A stretch of 64,000 nucleotides of DNA from Alphaproteobacteria bacterium (GTDB taxonomy: Bacteria > Pseudomonadota > Alphaproteobacteria > UBA2966): NCBI GenBank assembly GCA_964291395.2, contig OZ219856.1, positions 1,568,001-1,632,000 of the forward strand. Reading direction: 5' to 3'. Under the pieces are notes generated by a model. It saw nothing but the letters and a program-made list of their open reading frames with translations, did not search any database and had not been told where the DNA came from. This document shows, in pieces, positions 50,986-60,790 of the stretch; positions within the stretch are counted from its first letter, which is position 1, and the number at the start of each line of letters is the position of its first letter. The translations under genes were made by a program, and so were the position numbers.

Positions 50986-51930
50986 GTGGCTAAACGCGGA
51001 CGGTCCGGCTGGCCGCTTGCGGTCGCCTTTTGCCTGGCGCTCGCGCCGGCCGGCGTCGGCGCCCAAGACGCGGTGGAGGCGACGCTGGCGGTCGAGTCCC
51101 TGCTGCTCGACGGGGCGGCGGTCGGTTCCCGGCTGATCGTGGTAGGCGAACGGGGTCACATCCTGGTTTCCGCCGACGGCGGCGCGACCTGGACGCAGGC
51201 CCGGGTCCCCATCCGCGCTCTGCTCACCGCGGTACACATGCACGACGAGCGCACCGGCTGGGCGGTCGGACACGACGCGGCGATCCTGCGCACCAGCGAC
51301 GGCGGCTCGACGTGGCGGATGGTGCACCACGCGCCGGAAGAAGAGCGCCCCCTGCTCGACGTCTGGTTCCGCGACGAGCGCACCGGCTTCGCCGTGGGGG
51401 CCTACGGCTATTTCCTCGCCACCGAGGACGGCGGAGAGACCTGGACCTCGCGCACCATCGGCGAGGACGACTTTCATCTGAACGCGCTGGTTCCGGCCGG
51501 GAGCCAACGTCTGTTCATCGCGGCGGAGGCGGGGGTCGTTTACCGTTCCGACGACGGCGGCGAGACCTGGCGCAAGCTGCCCTCCCCCTACGCGGGGTCG
51601 TGGTTCGGAGCGCTCGCGCTCGACGAGGACGAGGTGCTGCTGATGGGGCTCAGAGGCCACCTGTTCCGTTCCGGGGACGCGGGCGAAAGCTGGACACGAG
51701 TGCCCACCGGGACCAACGCGACCTTGACCGACGCCGTCCGCTTGCAGTCCGGGGCAATGCTGATCACGGGCCTCGAAGGGACCCTGCTCAGCAGTCGGGA
51801 CGGCGGGCGCAGCGTGTCGTTCACGAGGCTGCCGTCGCGCCAGGGGATTTCGGCCGCGTTGCCGCTCGCGGATGGCGGCGTTCTGCTGATCGGAGAATTC
51901 GGCGTCCGGCGTCTGTCCCGGGATGGATAA
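50986..51930 (+). CDS. YCF48/BNR-repeat beta-propeller protein
   Basis: VGERGHIL and repeated SxDGGxTW Asp-box motifs. Confidence 0.9.
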   Translation: MAKRGRSGWPLAVAFCLALAPAGVGAQDAVEATLAVESLLLDGAAVGSRLIVVGERGHILVSADGGATWTQARVPIRALLTAVHMHDERTGWAVGHDAAILRTSDGGSTWRMVHHAPEEERPLLDVWFRDERTGFAVGAYGYFLATEDGGETWTSRTIGEDDFHLNALVPAGSQRLFIAAEAGVVYRSDDGGETWRKLPSPYAGSWFGALALDEDEVLLMGLRGHLFRSGDAGESWTRVPTGTNATLTDAVRLQSGAMLITGLEGTLLSSRDGGRSVSFTRLPSRQGISAALPLADGGVLLIGEFGVRRLSRDG

Positions 51931-51945
51931 CCTTCCGAGGTTCCC

Positions 51946-54279
51946 TTGACGGCACGAATCGAGAAGCTGCTGTTCGCCCACCGCCGCCTCGTGCTCGCGG
52001 CGTTCGTGCTCGCCACCCTGGGGATGGGATGGTTCGCGGCAGGGCTGCGGGTCGATGCCGGCTTCACCAAGCTGGTGCCGCTCGAACACGAGTACATGCG
52101 CACGTTTCTGGAGCATCGGGACGAGTTCGGCGGCGCGGACCGCGTGGTGATCGCTCTGGTGACGCGCCGCGGCGACATGTTCACGCCCGAGTTCTTCGCG
52201 GCGCTGCGCGAGGTGACCGACGCGATGTTCTTCCTGCCCGGTATCGACCGGACCCAGGTCTATTCCGTCCTCACCCCGAACGTGCGCTTCATCGAGGTGG
52301 TGGAAGACGGCATCACCGCCGGCAACGTGGTGCCGGCGGACTTCGAGCCGACCGAGGCCGGCCTCGCCCAGGTGCGCGAGAACATCATCAAGGCCGGCAT
52401 CGTCGGCCGCCTGGTGGCGAACGATTTCACCGGCGCGATCGTCAGCGGCAAGCTGCAGGAGTTTCATCCGAACACCGGCGAGCGACTCGACTACATCGAG
52501 GTCGCACGCGAGCTCGAACGCATCCGCCACGAGGCGCAGGCGCGTGCCGACGTGGACGTGCACGTGGACCTGCACGTCATCGGGTTCGCCAAGATGGTGG
52601 GGGACATCGCGGCGGGCGCCACGCGGGTGATAGCGTTCTTCGGAATCACCTTCGTGATTACCGCTCTGTTCGTGTACGCCTACACACGGTCGATCCGCCT
52701 GACCATACCGCCGCTGGCGTGCTCCCTGGTGGCGGTCGTCTGGCAGCTCGGCGGGCTCACCGCGCTGGGCTTCGGGGTCGATCCGATGTCCATCCTGGTG
52801 CCGTTCCTGGTGTTCGCGATCGGGGTCAGCCATGGGGTGCAGATGGTGAGCGCGGTGCGCGCGGAGACGATCGACGGCTCGAGCGGCCTCGACGCCGCGC
52901 GGGCGAGCTTCCGCCGCCTGCTGCTGCCGGGCGCGGTGGCGCTCGCCTCCGACTCCGTCGGCTTCATCACCATCTCGCTCATCGAGGTGCAGGTCATCCA
53001 GGAGATCGCGATCACCGCGAGCCTCGGAGTCGCCGCGATCATTCTCACCAACCTGGCGCTGCTGCCGGTGCTGCTCTCGTACTTCGAGGTGAACGACGCT
53101 GAGCGGCGGGCGGCGCTGGCACGCGACAATCTGCTGCGGCCGGTGTGGTCGAGGGTGGCACGTCTGGCGCATCGGAGACCCGCCGCGGTGGTGATCGGAG
53201 TGGCCGCGGTGCTGCTGGCGGCCGGCGCAGGTTACGCTCCGCAAGTGCGGGTAGGCGACGAGCATCGGGGCGTGCCGGAGCTTCGGGCGGATTCCAGGTA
53301 TAATCTCGATTCCGCCGTGATCACCGAGCGCTTCGAGATCGGCGTGGACGTATTGACGGTGATCGCGGAAACCGTGACGGAGGGTTGTATCGACTACGAG
53401 GTGATGCGCACCCTCGACGACTTCGAATGGCACGCGCGCAACGTGGACGGCGTCCAGTCGGTGCTCGGTCTCGCCGGCGTCGCCCGCAACATCAACGCGA
53501 GCTGGAACGAGGGCAGTCTCAAGTGGCGGACTCTGCCGCGCAACCACTACACGCTCGTACAGGCCGTGTCCCCGGTGCCGACGAGCAGCGGCCTGCTCAA
53601 CACCGATTGCAGCGTGATGCCGGTGTCGGTCTACACCGCCGACCACAAGGCGGAGACCATCGAGCGCATCGTCGACGCGGTGAAGGACTTCAACAACGCG
53701 AATGGGAACGAACGCATCGCCTTTCGGCTCGCGGCCGGCAACGTCGGGGTGATGGCGGCGACCAACGAGGAGGTCGAGGCGTCCCAGTTCCCGATTCTCG
53801 GCTACGTCTACGCCGCGGTCATCGTTCTGTGCCTGCTGTCCTTCCGCTCGGTGACGGCGACGGTGTGCATCATCGTACCCCTCGGCGTGGTCTCACTGCT
53901 CGCCTACGCGCTGATGGCGCTTCTGGAGATCGGCCTCAAGGTCTCCACGCTGCCGGTCGTGGCGCTCGGCGTCGGGATCGGAGTGGACTACGGGATCTAC
54001 ATCTACGGGCGGCTGCGCACCCACCTCGCGGAGGGACTCGACTTCGCCACGGCGTACGAAAGAACGCTGGGCACCACGGGGGCTGGCGTGGTACTCACCG
54101 GCCTCACCCTGGCGGCGGGAGTCGCGACGTGGATCGTGGCGCCTCTCAAATTCCAGGCCGACATGGGCACGGTGCTGACGTTCATGTTCCTCGTCAACAT
54201 GGTCGGCGCCGTGGTGCTGCTGCCCGCGCTGGGTGCCTGGCTGGTCAGGCCGAAGAAGGCGAGGACGCATGGACCGTGA
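51946..54279 (+). CDS. MMPL/RND-family transporter
   Basis: LVPFLVFAIGVSHGVQ, LGVGIGVDYG, FQADMG; two TM bundles. Confidence 0.9.
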   Translation: MTARIEKLLFAHRRLVLAAFVLATLGMGWFAAGLRVDAGFTKLVPLEHEYMRTFLEHRDEFGGADRVVIALVTRRGDMFTPEFFAALREVTDAMFFLPGIDRTQVYSVLTPNVRFIEVVEDGITAGNVVPADFEPTEAGLAQVRENIIKAGIVGRLVANDFTGAIVSGKLQEFHPNTGERLDYIEVARELERIRHEAQARADVDVHVDLHVIGFAKMVGDIAAGATRVIAFFGITFVITALFVYAYTRSIRLTIPPLACSLVAVVWQLGGLTALGFGVDPMSILVPFLVFAIGVSHGVQMVSAVRAETIDGSSGLDAARASFRRLLLPGAVALASDSVGFITISLIEVQVIQEIAITASLGVAAIILTNLALLPVLLSYFEVNDAERRAALARDNLLRPVWSRVARLAHRRPAAVVIGVAAVLLAAGAGYAPQVRVGDEHRGVPELRADSRYNLDSAVITERFEIGVDVLTVIAETVTEGCIDYEVMRTLDDFEWHARNVDGVQSVLGLAGVARNINASWNEGSLKWRTLPRNHYTLVQAVSPVPTSSGLLNTDCSVMPVSVYTADHKAETIERIVDAVKDFNNANGNERIAFRLAAGNVGVMAATNEEVEASQFPILGYVYAAVIVLCLLSFRSVTATVCIIVPLGVVSLLAYALMALLEIGLKVSTLPVVALGVGIGVDYGIYIYGRLRTHLAEGLDFATAYERTLGTTGAGVVLTGLTLAAGVATWIVAPLKFQADMGTVLTFMFLVNMVGAVVLLPALGAWLVRPKKARTHGP

Positions 54280-55627
54280 TCCCCCGACGGGACGCTTCGC
54301 CCGCGTTCGCGAGCGCCTCGGCCTTGTGAGGAAGTCCGGGCTGTTGCTAGATTTTTGGCGCCATCCGGGCGAACGAAGGCAGCGCATGAAGAGAATAGCG
54401 TGGATCATGCTGCCGATCGGGCTACTGGCTGTCGGCGTCGGCGGGATGTCGCACCTGATCAGCAGCAAGCCGCGACTTGAGCCGTCACCGCCAACGGAAC
54501 GGGTTTGGACGGTTGACGCCGTAACGGTGCGCCTGGAGGACGTACAGCCGCAAATACAGCTGTTCGGCAAGATTTTTGCCGCCCGCGAAATACAGCTACG
54601 GGCCCTTGTTCCGGGTCAGGTTATCGAGGTGCACACCGATCTGGTGGAGGGCGGGATCGTCCGCCGCGGTGAGCTGATCCTTGCCATTGACGAGTTCGAA
54701 TACCGTTCCGGCCTGAAGGAGAGCAAGGCGCGGCTGGCCGAAGCAAAGGCGCGGCTCGTCGAGCTGGAGGCCCGGCGGGTGGCCGAGGTGCAGGCCTTGG
54801 AGCGCGATCGAGACATCCTCGCCCTGCTGGCACGAGATCTGAAGCGCGCGGAGCAGCTTTCGGCTCGGGGTAATATTTCGGACCAGGCCTTGGACCACAA
54901 GCGCTTGGAACTGAGCCGTCAAGAACGTGCGATCGCGCTCAGGCAGAACGGGATCGCCGCCGAGTCGGCGCGCCTCGAACAGGAGAAAGCGATCATAGAG
55001 CGCCTGGACGTGGCCGTGCAGAGGGCGCGATACGATCTCGAACGGACCCGACTGCAGGCGCCGTTCGATGGGATTTTCCGGGACACGACGGTACAGGTGG
55101 GCCAACGCCTCGGCGTCAACGACAAGATCGGCAGCCTGGTCGACACCGGCCGCTTCGAGGCGCGCTTTCATATCCCGGATGCCCTGTACGGACGCCTCAC
55201 CGGCACGAACCAGGGGATCATCGGGCGGACGGCGCGGGTAATCTGGCGGGCGGGATCACGAGAGACCGCCTTGGACGCGGTGGTCGAGCGAGTGGGCGCG
55301 CAGATCGACCCGGCGAGCGGCGGTGTCGAGCTGTTCGCGCGAATCGAAGACCCGGAAGCCGCCTCGCTGCTGCGGCCGGGCGCCTTCGTCGAAGTTCTCA
55401 TTCCCGACCAGTCCTACGCCAATGTCGCGAGAGTTCCGGAAACGGTCTTGCATCCGGGCAACATTGCCTATGCCGTCGAGGACGGCCGGATGGTCCCGCG
55501 GCGGACGGAGATCGTGGGCCGGATCGGAAACGACGTACTGCTGCGCGGCGAGATCTCGGATGGCGAACGGATGGTAACCACCCAATCGGTGACGATGGCG
55601 CCCGGCCTGCGGGTCGAGGTGCGCTAG
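54269..55627 (+). CDS. RND periplasmic adaptor (membrane fusion protein); alternative start 54386
   Basis: TM anchor, V.GQV..GGIVRRGE lipoyl half, long coiled coil, LQAPFDG, LRPGAFV. Confidence 0.88.
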   Translation: MDRDPPTGRFARVRERLGLVRKSGLLLDFWRHPGERRQRMKRIAWIMLPIGLLAVGVGGMSHLISSKPRLEPSPPTERVWTVDAVTVRLEDVQPQIQLFGKIFAAREIQLRALVPGQVIEVHTDLVEGGIVRRGELILAIDEFEYRSGLKESKARLAEAKARLVELEARRVAEVQALERDRDILALLARDLKRAEQLSARGNISDQALDHKRLELSRQERAIALRQNGIAAESARLEQEKAIIERLDVAVQRARYDLERTRLQAPFDGIFRDTTVQVGQRLGVNDKIGSLVDTGRFEARFHIPDALYGRLTGTNQGIIGRTARVIWRAGSRETALDAVVERVGAQIDPASGGVELFARIEDPEAASLLRPGAFVEVLIPDQSYANVARVPETVLHPGNIAYAVEDGRMVPRRTEIVGRIGNDVLLRGEISDGERMVTTQSVTMAPGLRVEVR

Positions 55628-55648
55628 CCGGCCAAGCGGCCGATACCG

Positions 55649-58600
55649 ATGTTCGGCAAGAACCTGATCCGACTGTTCGTGCGCCATCGCAATGCCGCCA
55701 ACCTGTTGATGGCATTGATATTCATTGCCGGCGCCTATGCGTTGTCGAAGCTGAATACCCAGTTCTTTCCCGACTTCGGCATCGATGTAATCTCGATTGA
55801 GGTGGCTTGGCCGGGCGCGAGTGCCCGGGACGTCGAAGCCAACATCGTTGCGGCGATCGAGCCGGAGGTGCGGTTTCTGGACGGGGTTGACCGGGTGACC
55901 TCCTACGCGACGGAGGGTTCGGGACGGCTGGTCGTCGAGTATGAGGCGGGTACCGACATGCAGTCGGCGCTGTCGGACGCCGAGGCCGCGGTACGGCGGA
56001 TCAGCACGCTGCCGGAGGAGAGCGAGCGGCCGCTGGTACGCCGCATCATGCGTTACGACACGATCGTACGTCTGGTGCTGTCGGGTCCGTACTCGGAGGC
56101 GATGCTGAAGCGTCAGGCAAAGCGGATGCGCGACGATTTGTTGGCGGCCGGGGTTGACCGGGTGACGTTTTTCGGCGCGCGCGACGAAGAGATCCTGGTC
56201 GAGGTCGAGCCGCGGGTCCTGCGTCAGCTCGATTTGACGCCGACGGCGGTGGCGGCCCGCATCGAAGCCAGCAACCGCGACATCCCGTCGGGGAATCTCC
56301 AGGGTTCGGTAGAGAAGCAGTTGCGCAGCCTCGGCCTGCGGACCACGTCGCGTGATCTCGGAGACATAGAAATCAGGGCGCTCGACAACGGCCAGAAGAT
56401 TCATTTGCGCGACATTGCATCGCTGTCAGAGGCGTTTGACGACGATGCACCCATCGGTCTGCGCAACGGCCGTCCCGCGATCGAGCTGCACGTGCAGCGG
56501 TCCCTCGCCGCCGACGCCCTCGATGAAGGGGAGATCGTCGACCGCTACCTGGCCGAGGCACGGGGCAACTTTCCGCCGCAACTCCGTATCGAGCAGTACG
56601 ACGCCCAGGCGGGGCTGATCGAGCAACGCATCGAGATTCTGCTGAGCAACGGGCTTAGCGGATTGATCCTGGTGGTGGGGGTGCTTGTCGTGTTTCTCAA
56701 CGGCCGCACCGCGTTCTGGGTGGCAGCCGGAATTCCGACCGCCTTCATGGCCGCGCTCGGAGCGATCCTGGTGCTGGGCGGAAGCATCAACATGGTTACT
56801 CTGTTCGCGCTGATCATGACGCTCGGGCTCATCGTCGACGACACGATCGTCGTGGGCGAGCACGCGGCGGCACGGCGCGAGGCGGGGGCAAGCGCGCGGC
56901 AAGCGGCGGAAGCGGGCGCGCTGCGCATGCTGGCGCCCGTGATGGCCGCTTCTCTGACGACGGTTGCCGCATTCATCCCGCTTGTCGCCATGGGCGGCAT
57001 CATCGGCCAGATCGTGGGTGCCATTCCACTGGTGGTGGTTGCGGTCATCCTCGCCAGCCTGGTCGAGTGTTTTCTCGTATTGCCCGGCCATCTGCGGGAG
57101 TCATTGGAGAGACACGGCGGCAGGCGCAACGTGCTGCTGCGACGTTTCGATTCCGGCTTCGAGCATTTTCGCGCCGGCCCGTTCCTGAGGCTTGTCCGGT
57201 TCTGCGTACGCTGGCGCTATGCGACGATGTCCTGCGCCATTTCGATCTTCCTCCTGTCGGTCGGGCTGACGCTCGGCGGCCGAGTGGGATTTCATTTTTT
57301 CCCGACGCCGGAGGCCGATGTGGCGATCGGCAACGTCGTGATGACGCCCGGCGCGCCGCGCCGCGACACCGCAGCCATGGTCCAGGAAATGTCGGATGCC
57401 GTCGAAAGGGCCGTCTCGAGCCTTACCGAGGACGGCGCGGAACTGGTAGCCATGAGTTTCGGCAGCGTCGGCCGCAGCGGCGGCAGGCCGGCCACGCAGA
57501 TCGGGGGCGACCAGTACGGCGCCTTGACGGTGGAATTGGTCCCGTCCGACCAGCGCACGGTGCGCACGAACGAATTCATCGAGGCGTGGCGCAAGGAAAT
57601 TCGCCCGCCGCCCAATGTCGAGCATATCAGTCTCAATGCCCGCACCGGCGGCCCGCCGGGCCGCGAAATCGACATTCGCCTGCGCGGAGGCACGGCCGAC
57701 AATCTCAAAGCGGCGGCGGCCGAAGCCAAAGGCCTGTTGAGGCGTTTCCCCGGCATCAGTTCCATCGAGGACGACCTTCCCTATGGCAAGCAGGAGCTGG
57801 TTCTGGAAGTGACCCCCCGGGGCAGGGCCCTCGGCTTCACCACCGAGAGCGCCGGAATGCAGGTGAGAAACGCGTTCCAGGGCGTCATAGCCCAACGCTT
57901 CGCTCGCGGCGACGAGGAGGTCGAAATCAAGGTACGGTATCCGCGCGGGAGCGCGGACGGCGCCTCGTTCCACAGCCTGTTCCTACGCGCGCCCGACGGT
58001 ACCGAGGTGCCGCTGAGCGAGGTCGTCACCCTGCGCCAGGAACGCGGCTTCTCCCGTCTCCGCCGCGAAGACGGGGCGCGGGAGGTCGCGGTCACGGCCG
58101 AAATCGACGAGACGGTCACCAGCCTCGGCGCCCTGCTTCCGGCCATCACCGAGGGCGGGCTCGCCGACATCGCAGAACGCTATGGGCTCAGCCACCGGTT
58201 CAAAGGAAAGGCGGAGGAACAGGCCGAGTCCGCCGCCGACATGGGCACCGGCGCCGTTATCGGCCTGGTCGCCATTTACATCATCCTGGCGTGGGTGTTC
58301 GCCAATTTCAGCCGACCCGTCATCGTCATGGCCATCATCCCGTTCGGTTTCGTCGGAGCGGTGCTCGGCCACCTGCTGCTCGGCTTCGACCTCACCATCC
58401 TCAGCATGATCGGCCTGTTGGGCCTTTCCGGCATCCTCGTCAACAACTCCATCATCCTGGTCCGCACCGTCGACGAATACATCGACGACGGAACACCTTT
58501 GCGCGACGCCATCGTCGCCGGGTGTCGAGACCGGCTGCGCCCGGTGCTGCTCACGTCATTGACCACAATCGGCGGTCTGGTGCCGCTGCTGTTCGAGGGT

Positions 58601-58774
58601 AGTTTTCAAGCCCAATTCCTGATCCCGATGGCGATCACGATCGTGTTCGGGCTCGCCGTCGCAACCTTGATCGTGCTGATCATCATCCCCGCCCTCCTCG
58701 TCATCGACGAGGATATCCGCGCTTTCCTCAGGCACCTTCGACGCAGACGGAGCCTCGCCCGAATGCCCGGATGA
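55649..58774 (+). CDS. AcrB/AcrD/AcrF-family RND permease
   Basis: LGLIVDDTIVVGE, GILVNNSI, RLRPVLLTSLTT. Confidence 0.93.
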   Translation: MFGKNLIRLFVRHRNAANLLMALIFIAGAYALSKLNTQFFPDFGIDVISIEVAWPGASARDVEANIVAAIEPEVRFLDGVDRVTSYATEGSGRLVVEYEAGTDMQSALSDAEAAVRRISTLPEESERPLVRRIMRYDTIVRLVLSGPYSEAMLKRQAKRMRDDLLAAGVDRVTFFGARDEEILVEVEPRVLRQLDLTPTAVAARIEASNRDIPSGNLQGSVEKQLRSLGLRTTSRDLGDIEIRALDNGQKIHLRDIASLSEAFDDDAPIGLRNGRPAIELHVQRSLAADALDEGEIVDRYLAEARGNFPPQLRIEQYDAQAGLIEQRIEILLSNGLSGLILVVGVLVVFLNGRTAFWVAAGIPTAFMAALGAILVLGGSINMVTLFALIMTLGLIVDDTIVVGEHAAARREAGASARQAAEAGALRMLAPVMAASLTTVAAFIPLVAMGGIIGQIVGAIPLVVVAVILASLVECFLVLPGHLRESLERHGGRRNVLLRRFDSGFEHFRAGPFLRLVRFCVRWRYATMSCAISIFLLSVGLTLGGRVGFHFFPTPEADVAIGNVVMTPGAPRRDTAAMVQEMSDAVERAVSSLTEDGAELVAMSFGSVGRSGGRPATQIGGDQYGALTVELVPSDQRTVRTNEFIEAWRKEIRPPPNVEHISLNARTGGPPGREIDIRLRGGTADNLKAAAAEAKGLLRRFPGISSIEDDLPYGKQELVLEVTPRGRALGFTTESAGMQVRNAFQGVIAQRFARGDEEVEIKVRYPRGSADGASFHSLFLRAPDGTEVPLSEVVTLRQERGFSRLRREDGAREVAVTAEIDETVTSLGALLPAITEGGLADIAERYGLSHRFKGKAEEQAESAADMGTGAVIGLVAIYIILAWVFANFSRPVIVMAIIPFGFVGAVLGHLLLGFDLTILSMIGLLGLSGILVNNSIILVRTVDEYIDDGTPLRDAIVAGCRDRLRPVLLTSLTTIGGLVPLLFEGSFQAQFLIPMAITIVFGLAVATLIVLIIIPALLVIDEDIRAFLRHLRRRRSLARMPG

Positions 58775-58894
58775 CCGGGGCTCGGTTCCCTTCCCCTTCC
58801 TGCGGCCGGACTTCGCGTGCCGGACCACTCTGGACATTCCCTGACATGGGACCAATGATGCCTCCGGAATATCTCTGAAAGGCATTGACGATCA

Positions 58895-59824
58895 ATGGCC
58901 GCACCGCAGAAACGCCTGGGATTCATCGGACTGGGCGCGATGGGCAAGCCCATGGCGCGGAACATCGCGAAACGTCTAGGCATCTCCGTCAATCTGTACG
59001 ACGTGCGCGCCGAGGCCATGGCCGACTCCGACGAATGGGGCGGCATCGTCCGTGCTTCACCGGCCGAGGTCGCCGCCGTGAGCGACGTGATCTTCACCAT
59101 GCTGCCTGCGGACGAGCACCTGCGGGCGGCTGCCCTCGGCCCCGACGGAGTCATCGAGAGCGCGCGGGACGGCTTGACCTTGGTCGACTTCAGCACCCTC
59201 GGTCCGGCGACCATCCGCGAGGTCGATGCGAAATTTCGCGAGAAGGGCGCCCGATGCCTCGCCGCCGCCGTGACTCTCGGCGTGCCGCGCGCCATCGCAG
59301 GCACGCTTTCGGTTTACGTGGACACGGCGGTCAACGAAGACGAGGATCTCATGGCCTTCGTGCGGGGGTGTTCGGCCACCGTGCTGCCCATCGGCGAGAC
59401 CGGCAGCGCCAAGGTGATGAAGCTCGTGAACAACTTCCTGACCGGGGTGGGCACCGTGATCATCTCCGAAGTCATCGGCCTCGGGGTCAAGGCCGGTGTC
59501 CCCGCGGAGACGCTGTTCCGGCTTCTGATGAAAGGGTCCGGCGCAAGCTACCTCATGGAGAAGGAGATCATGGAGACGGTGCCCAAGGGGGACATGGGTC
59601 CCGGCCGATTCAGCGTCGATTTCATGGTCAAGGACCTGAAGCTCGCGCAGGAGATGGGCCGCCAGCACGGACACCCGAGCCACTATATCGCGGCGGCCCT
59701 CGCGGCCTTCAACGGCGCCCGGGCCTATGGGCACGGAAACGATTACGTGGGCTCGGTCGTTCGCTGGCATGAGACCGCCGCGAACATGGAGCCGGTCGGG
59801 CCGACGGAAAAGGTACAGACATGA
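58895..59824 (+). CDS. NAD(P)-dependent beta-hydroxyacid dehydrogenase family protein
   Basis: GFIGLGAMGKPMA, MKLVNN, F..DFMVKDL. Confidence 0.88.
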   Translation: MAAPQKRLGFIGLGAMGKPMARNIAKRLGISVNLYDVRAEAMADSDEWGGIVRASPAEVAAVSDVIFTMLPADEHLRAAALGPDGVIESARDGLTLVDFSTLGPATIREVDAKFREKGARCLAAAVTLGVPRAIAGTLSVYVDTAVNEDEDLMAFVRGCSATVLPIGETGSAKVMKLVNNFLTGVGTVIISEVIGLGVKAGVPAETLFRLLMKGSGASYLMEKEIMETVPKGDMGPGRFSVDFMVKDLKLAQEMGRQHGHPSHYIAAALAAFNGARAYGHGNDYVGSVVRWHETAANMEPVGPTEKVQT

Positions 59825-60729
59825 AGATCGGTACCGTCGGCATCGGCGCCATGGGAGCACCCATGGCCCGGAACCTCGCCCAGGGCGGCGATTCCGTTCT
59901 CGCATTCGATGTCGCCCCCGAGAAGGTGGACGCGATCGCCGGCAACGGTGTCGAACGGGCCGGGGCCGTGGCCGATATAGCGCGAGAGTGCGAGCTGATC
60001 GTCCTGATGACCCCGGACGACAAGGCGCTGCGCGACGTCATGCTGGGAGACGGCGGAATCCTGTCCGTCGGGTCGTTCTCCGGGTGCGTCGTCGACCTCA
60101 GCACCACGTCCGAGAATCTCGCCCGCGAGATCGGCGCGGCGGCCGCCGCGCAGGGGGTGGGATACCTCGACGGCGCCGTCATCGGCGGCAGCGTCGCGGC
60201 CGCGCGCAACGCGGCGTCACCGGTCGTCGTCTCGGGCGACGAGGCCTTGCTCGAGCGCTACCGGCACGTGCTCGAACGTCTCGGCTCGGTCGACTATGCC
60301 GGCGTCCAGGGCAACGCGAAAATCGTGAAGATCTGCAATAACCTGCTGCTCGGCATGCACACGGTGTCGGGAGCCGAAGCGCTGTCCGTCGGAGAAGCCG
60401 CGGGGCTTGCGCTTGAAGACATGGTCGCCTGGCTCGACGTGAGCTCCGGCAACACCGCGGCGATGCAGGTGATGTTCGGGTATTTCGTCGAGCACGGTAC
60501 GTTTCCCGAAGGAAACGCCTCGTTCAAATTCTTCGACAAGGACATGGCGCTCGGTTGTGCGCTGGCCGAACGCCAAGATTACCCGGCGTCCCTGGCCCTG
60601 CTGACGCGCGAGCTGCTCGCGACCGCCGCCCAGATGGAAGGAGCCGGTGCCCCTTTCGCTTCGGTCCTCGCCTATTACCGGACCATGCAGCGCGCCGTCG
60701 CCGGGGGCGACAAACCGTCGTCCGCCTGA
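59821..60729 (+). CDS. NAD(P)-dependent beta-hydroxyacid dehydrogenase family protein
   Basis: GIGAMGAPMA, LDGAVIGG, VKICNN; ATGA overlap. Confidence 0.88.
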   Translation: MKIGTVGIGAMGAPMARNLAQGGDSVLAFDVAPEKVDAIAGNGVERAGAVADIARECELIVLMTPDDKALRDVMLGDGGILSVGSFSGCVVDLSTTSENLAREIGAAAAAQGVGYLDGAVIGGSVAAARNAASPVVVSGDEALLERYRHVLERLGSVDYAGVQGNAKIVKICNNLLLGMHTVSGAEALSVGEAAGLALEDMVAWLDVSSGNTAAMQVMFGYFVEHGTFPEGNASFKFFDKDMALGCALAERQDYPASLALLTRELLATAAQMEGAGAPFASVLAYYRTMQRAVAGGDKPSSA

Positions 60730-60790
60730 GGCGTCTCCGGCGCGCGGGCGCGATCATTCCGACGAAGCGGGAGACTTCCGCGGGGGAGAC

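Noticed and set aside
48829-53646. 1605-aa minus-strand ORF
   Set aside because: Antisense shadow of the GC-rich DUF1329/YCF48/MMPL genes; no recognisable motifs
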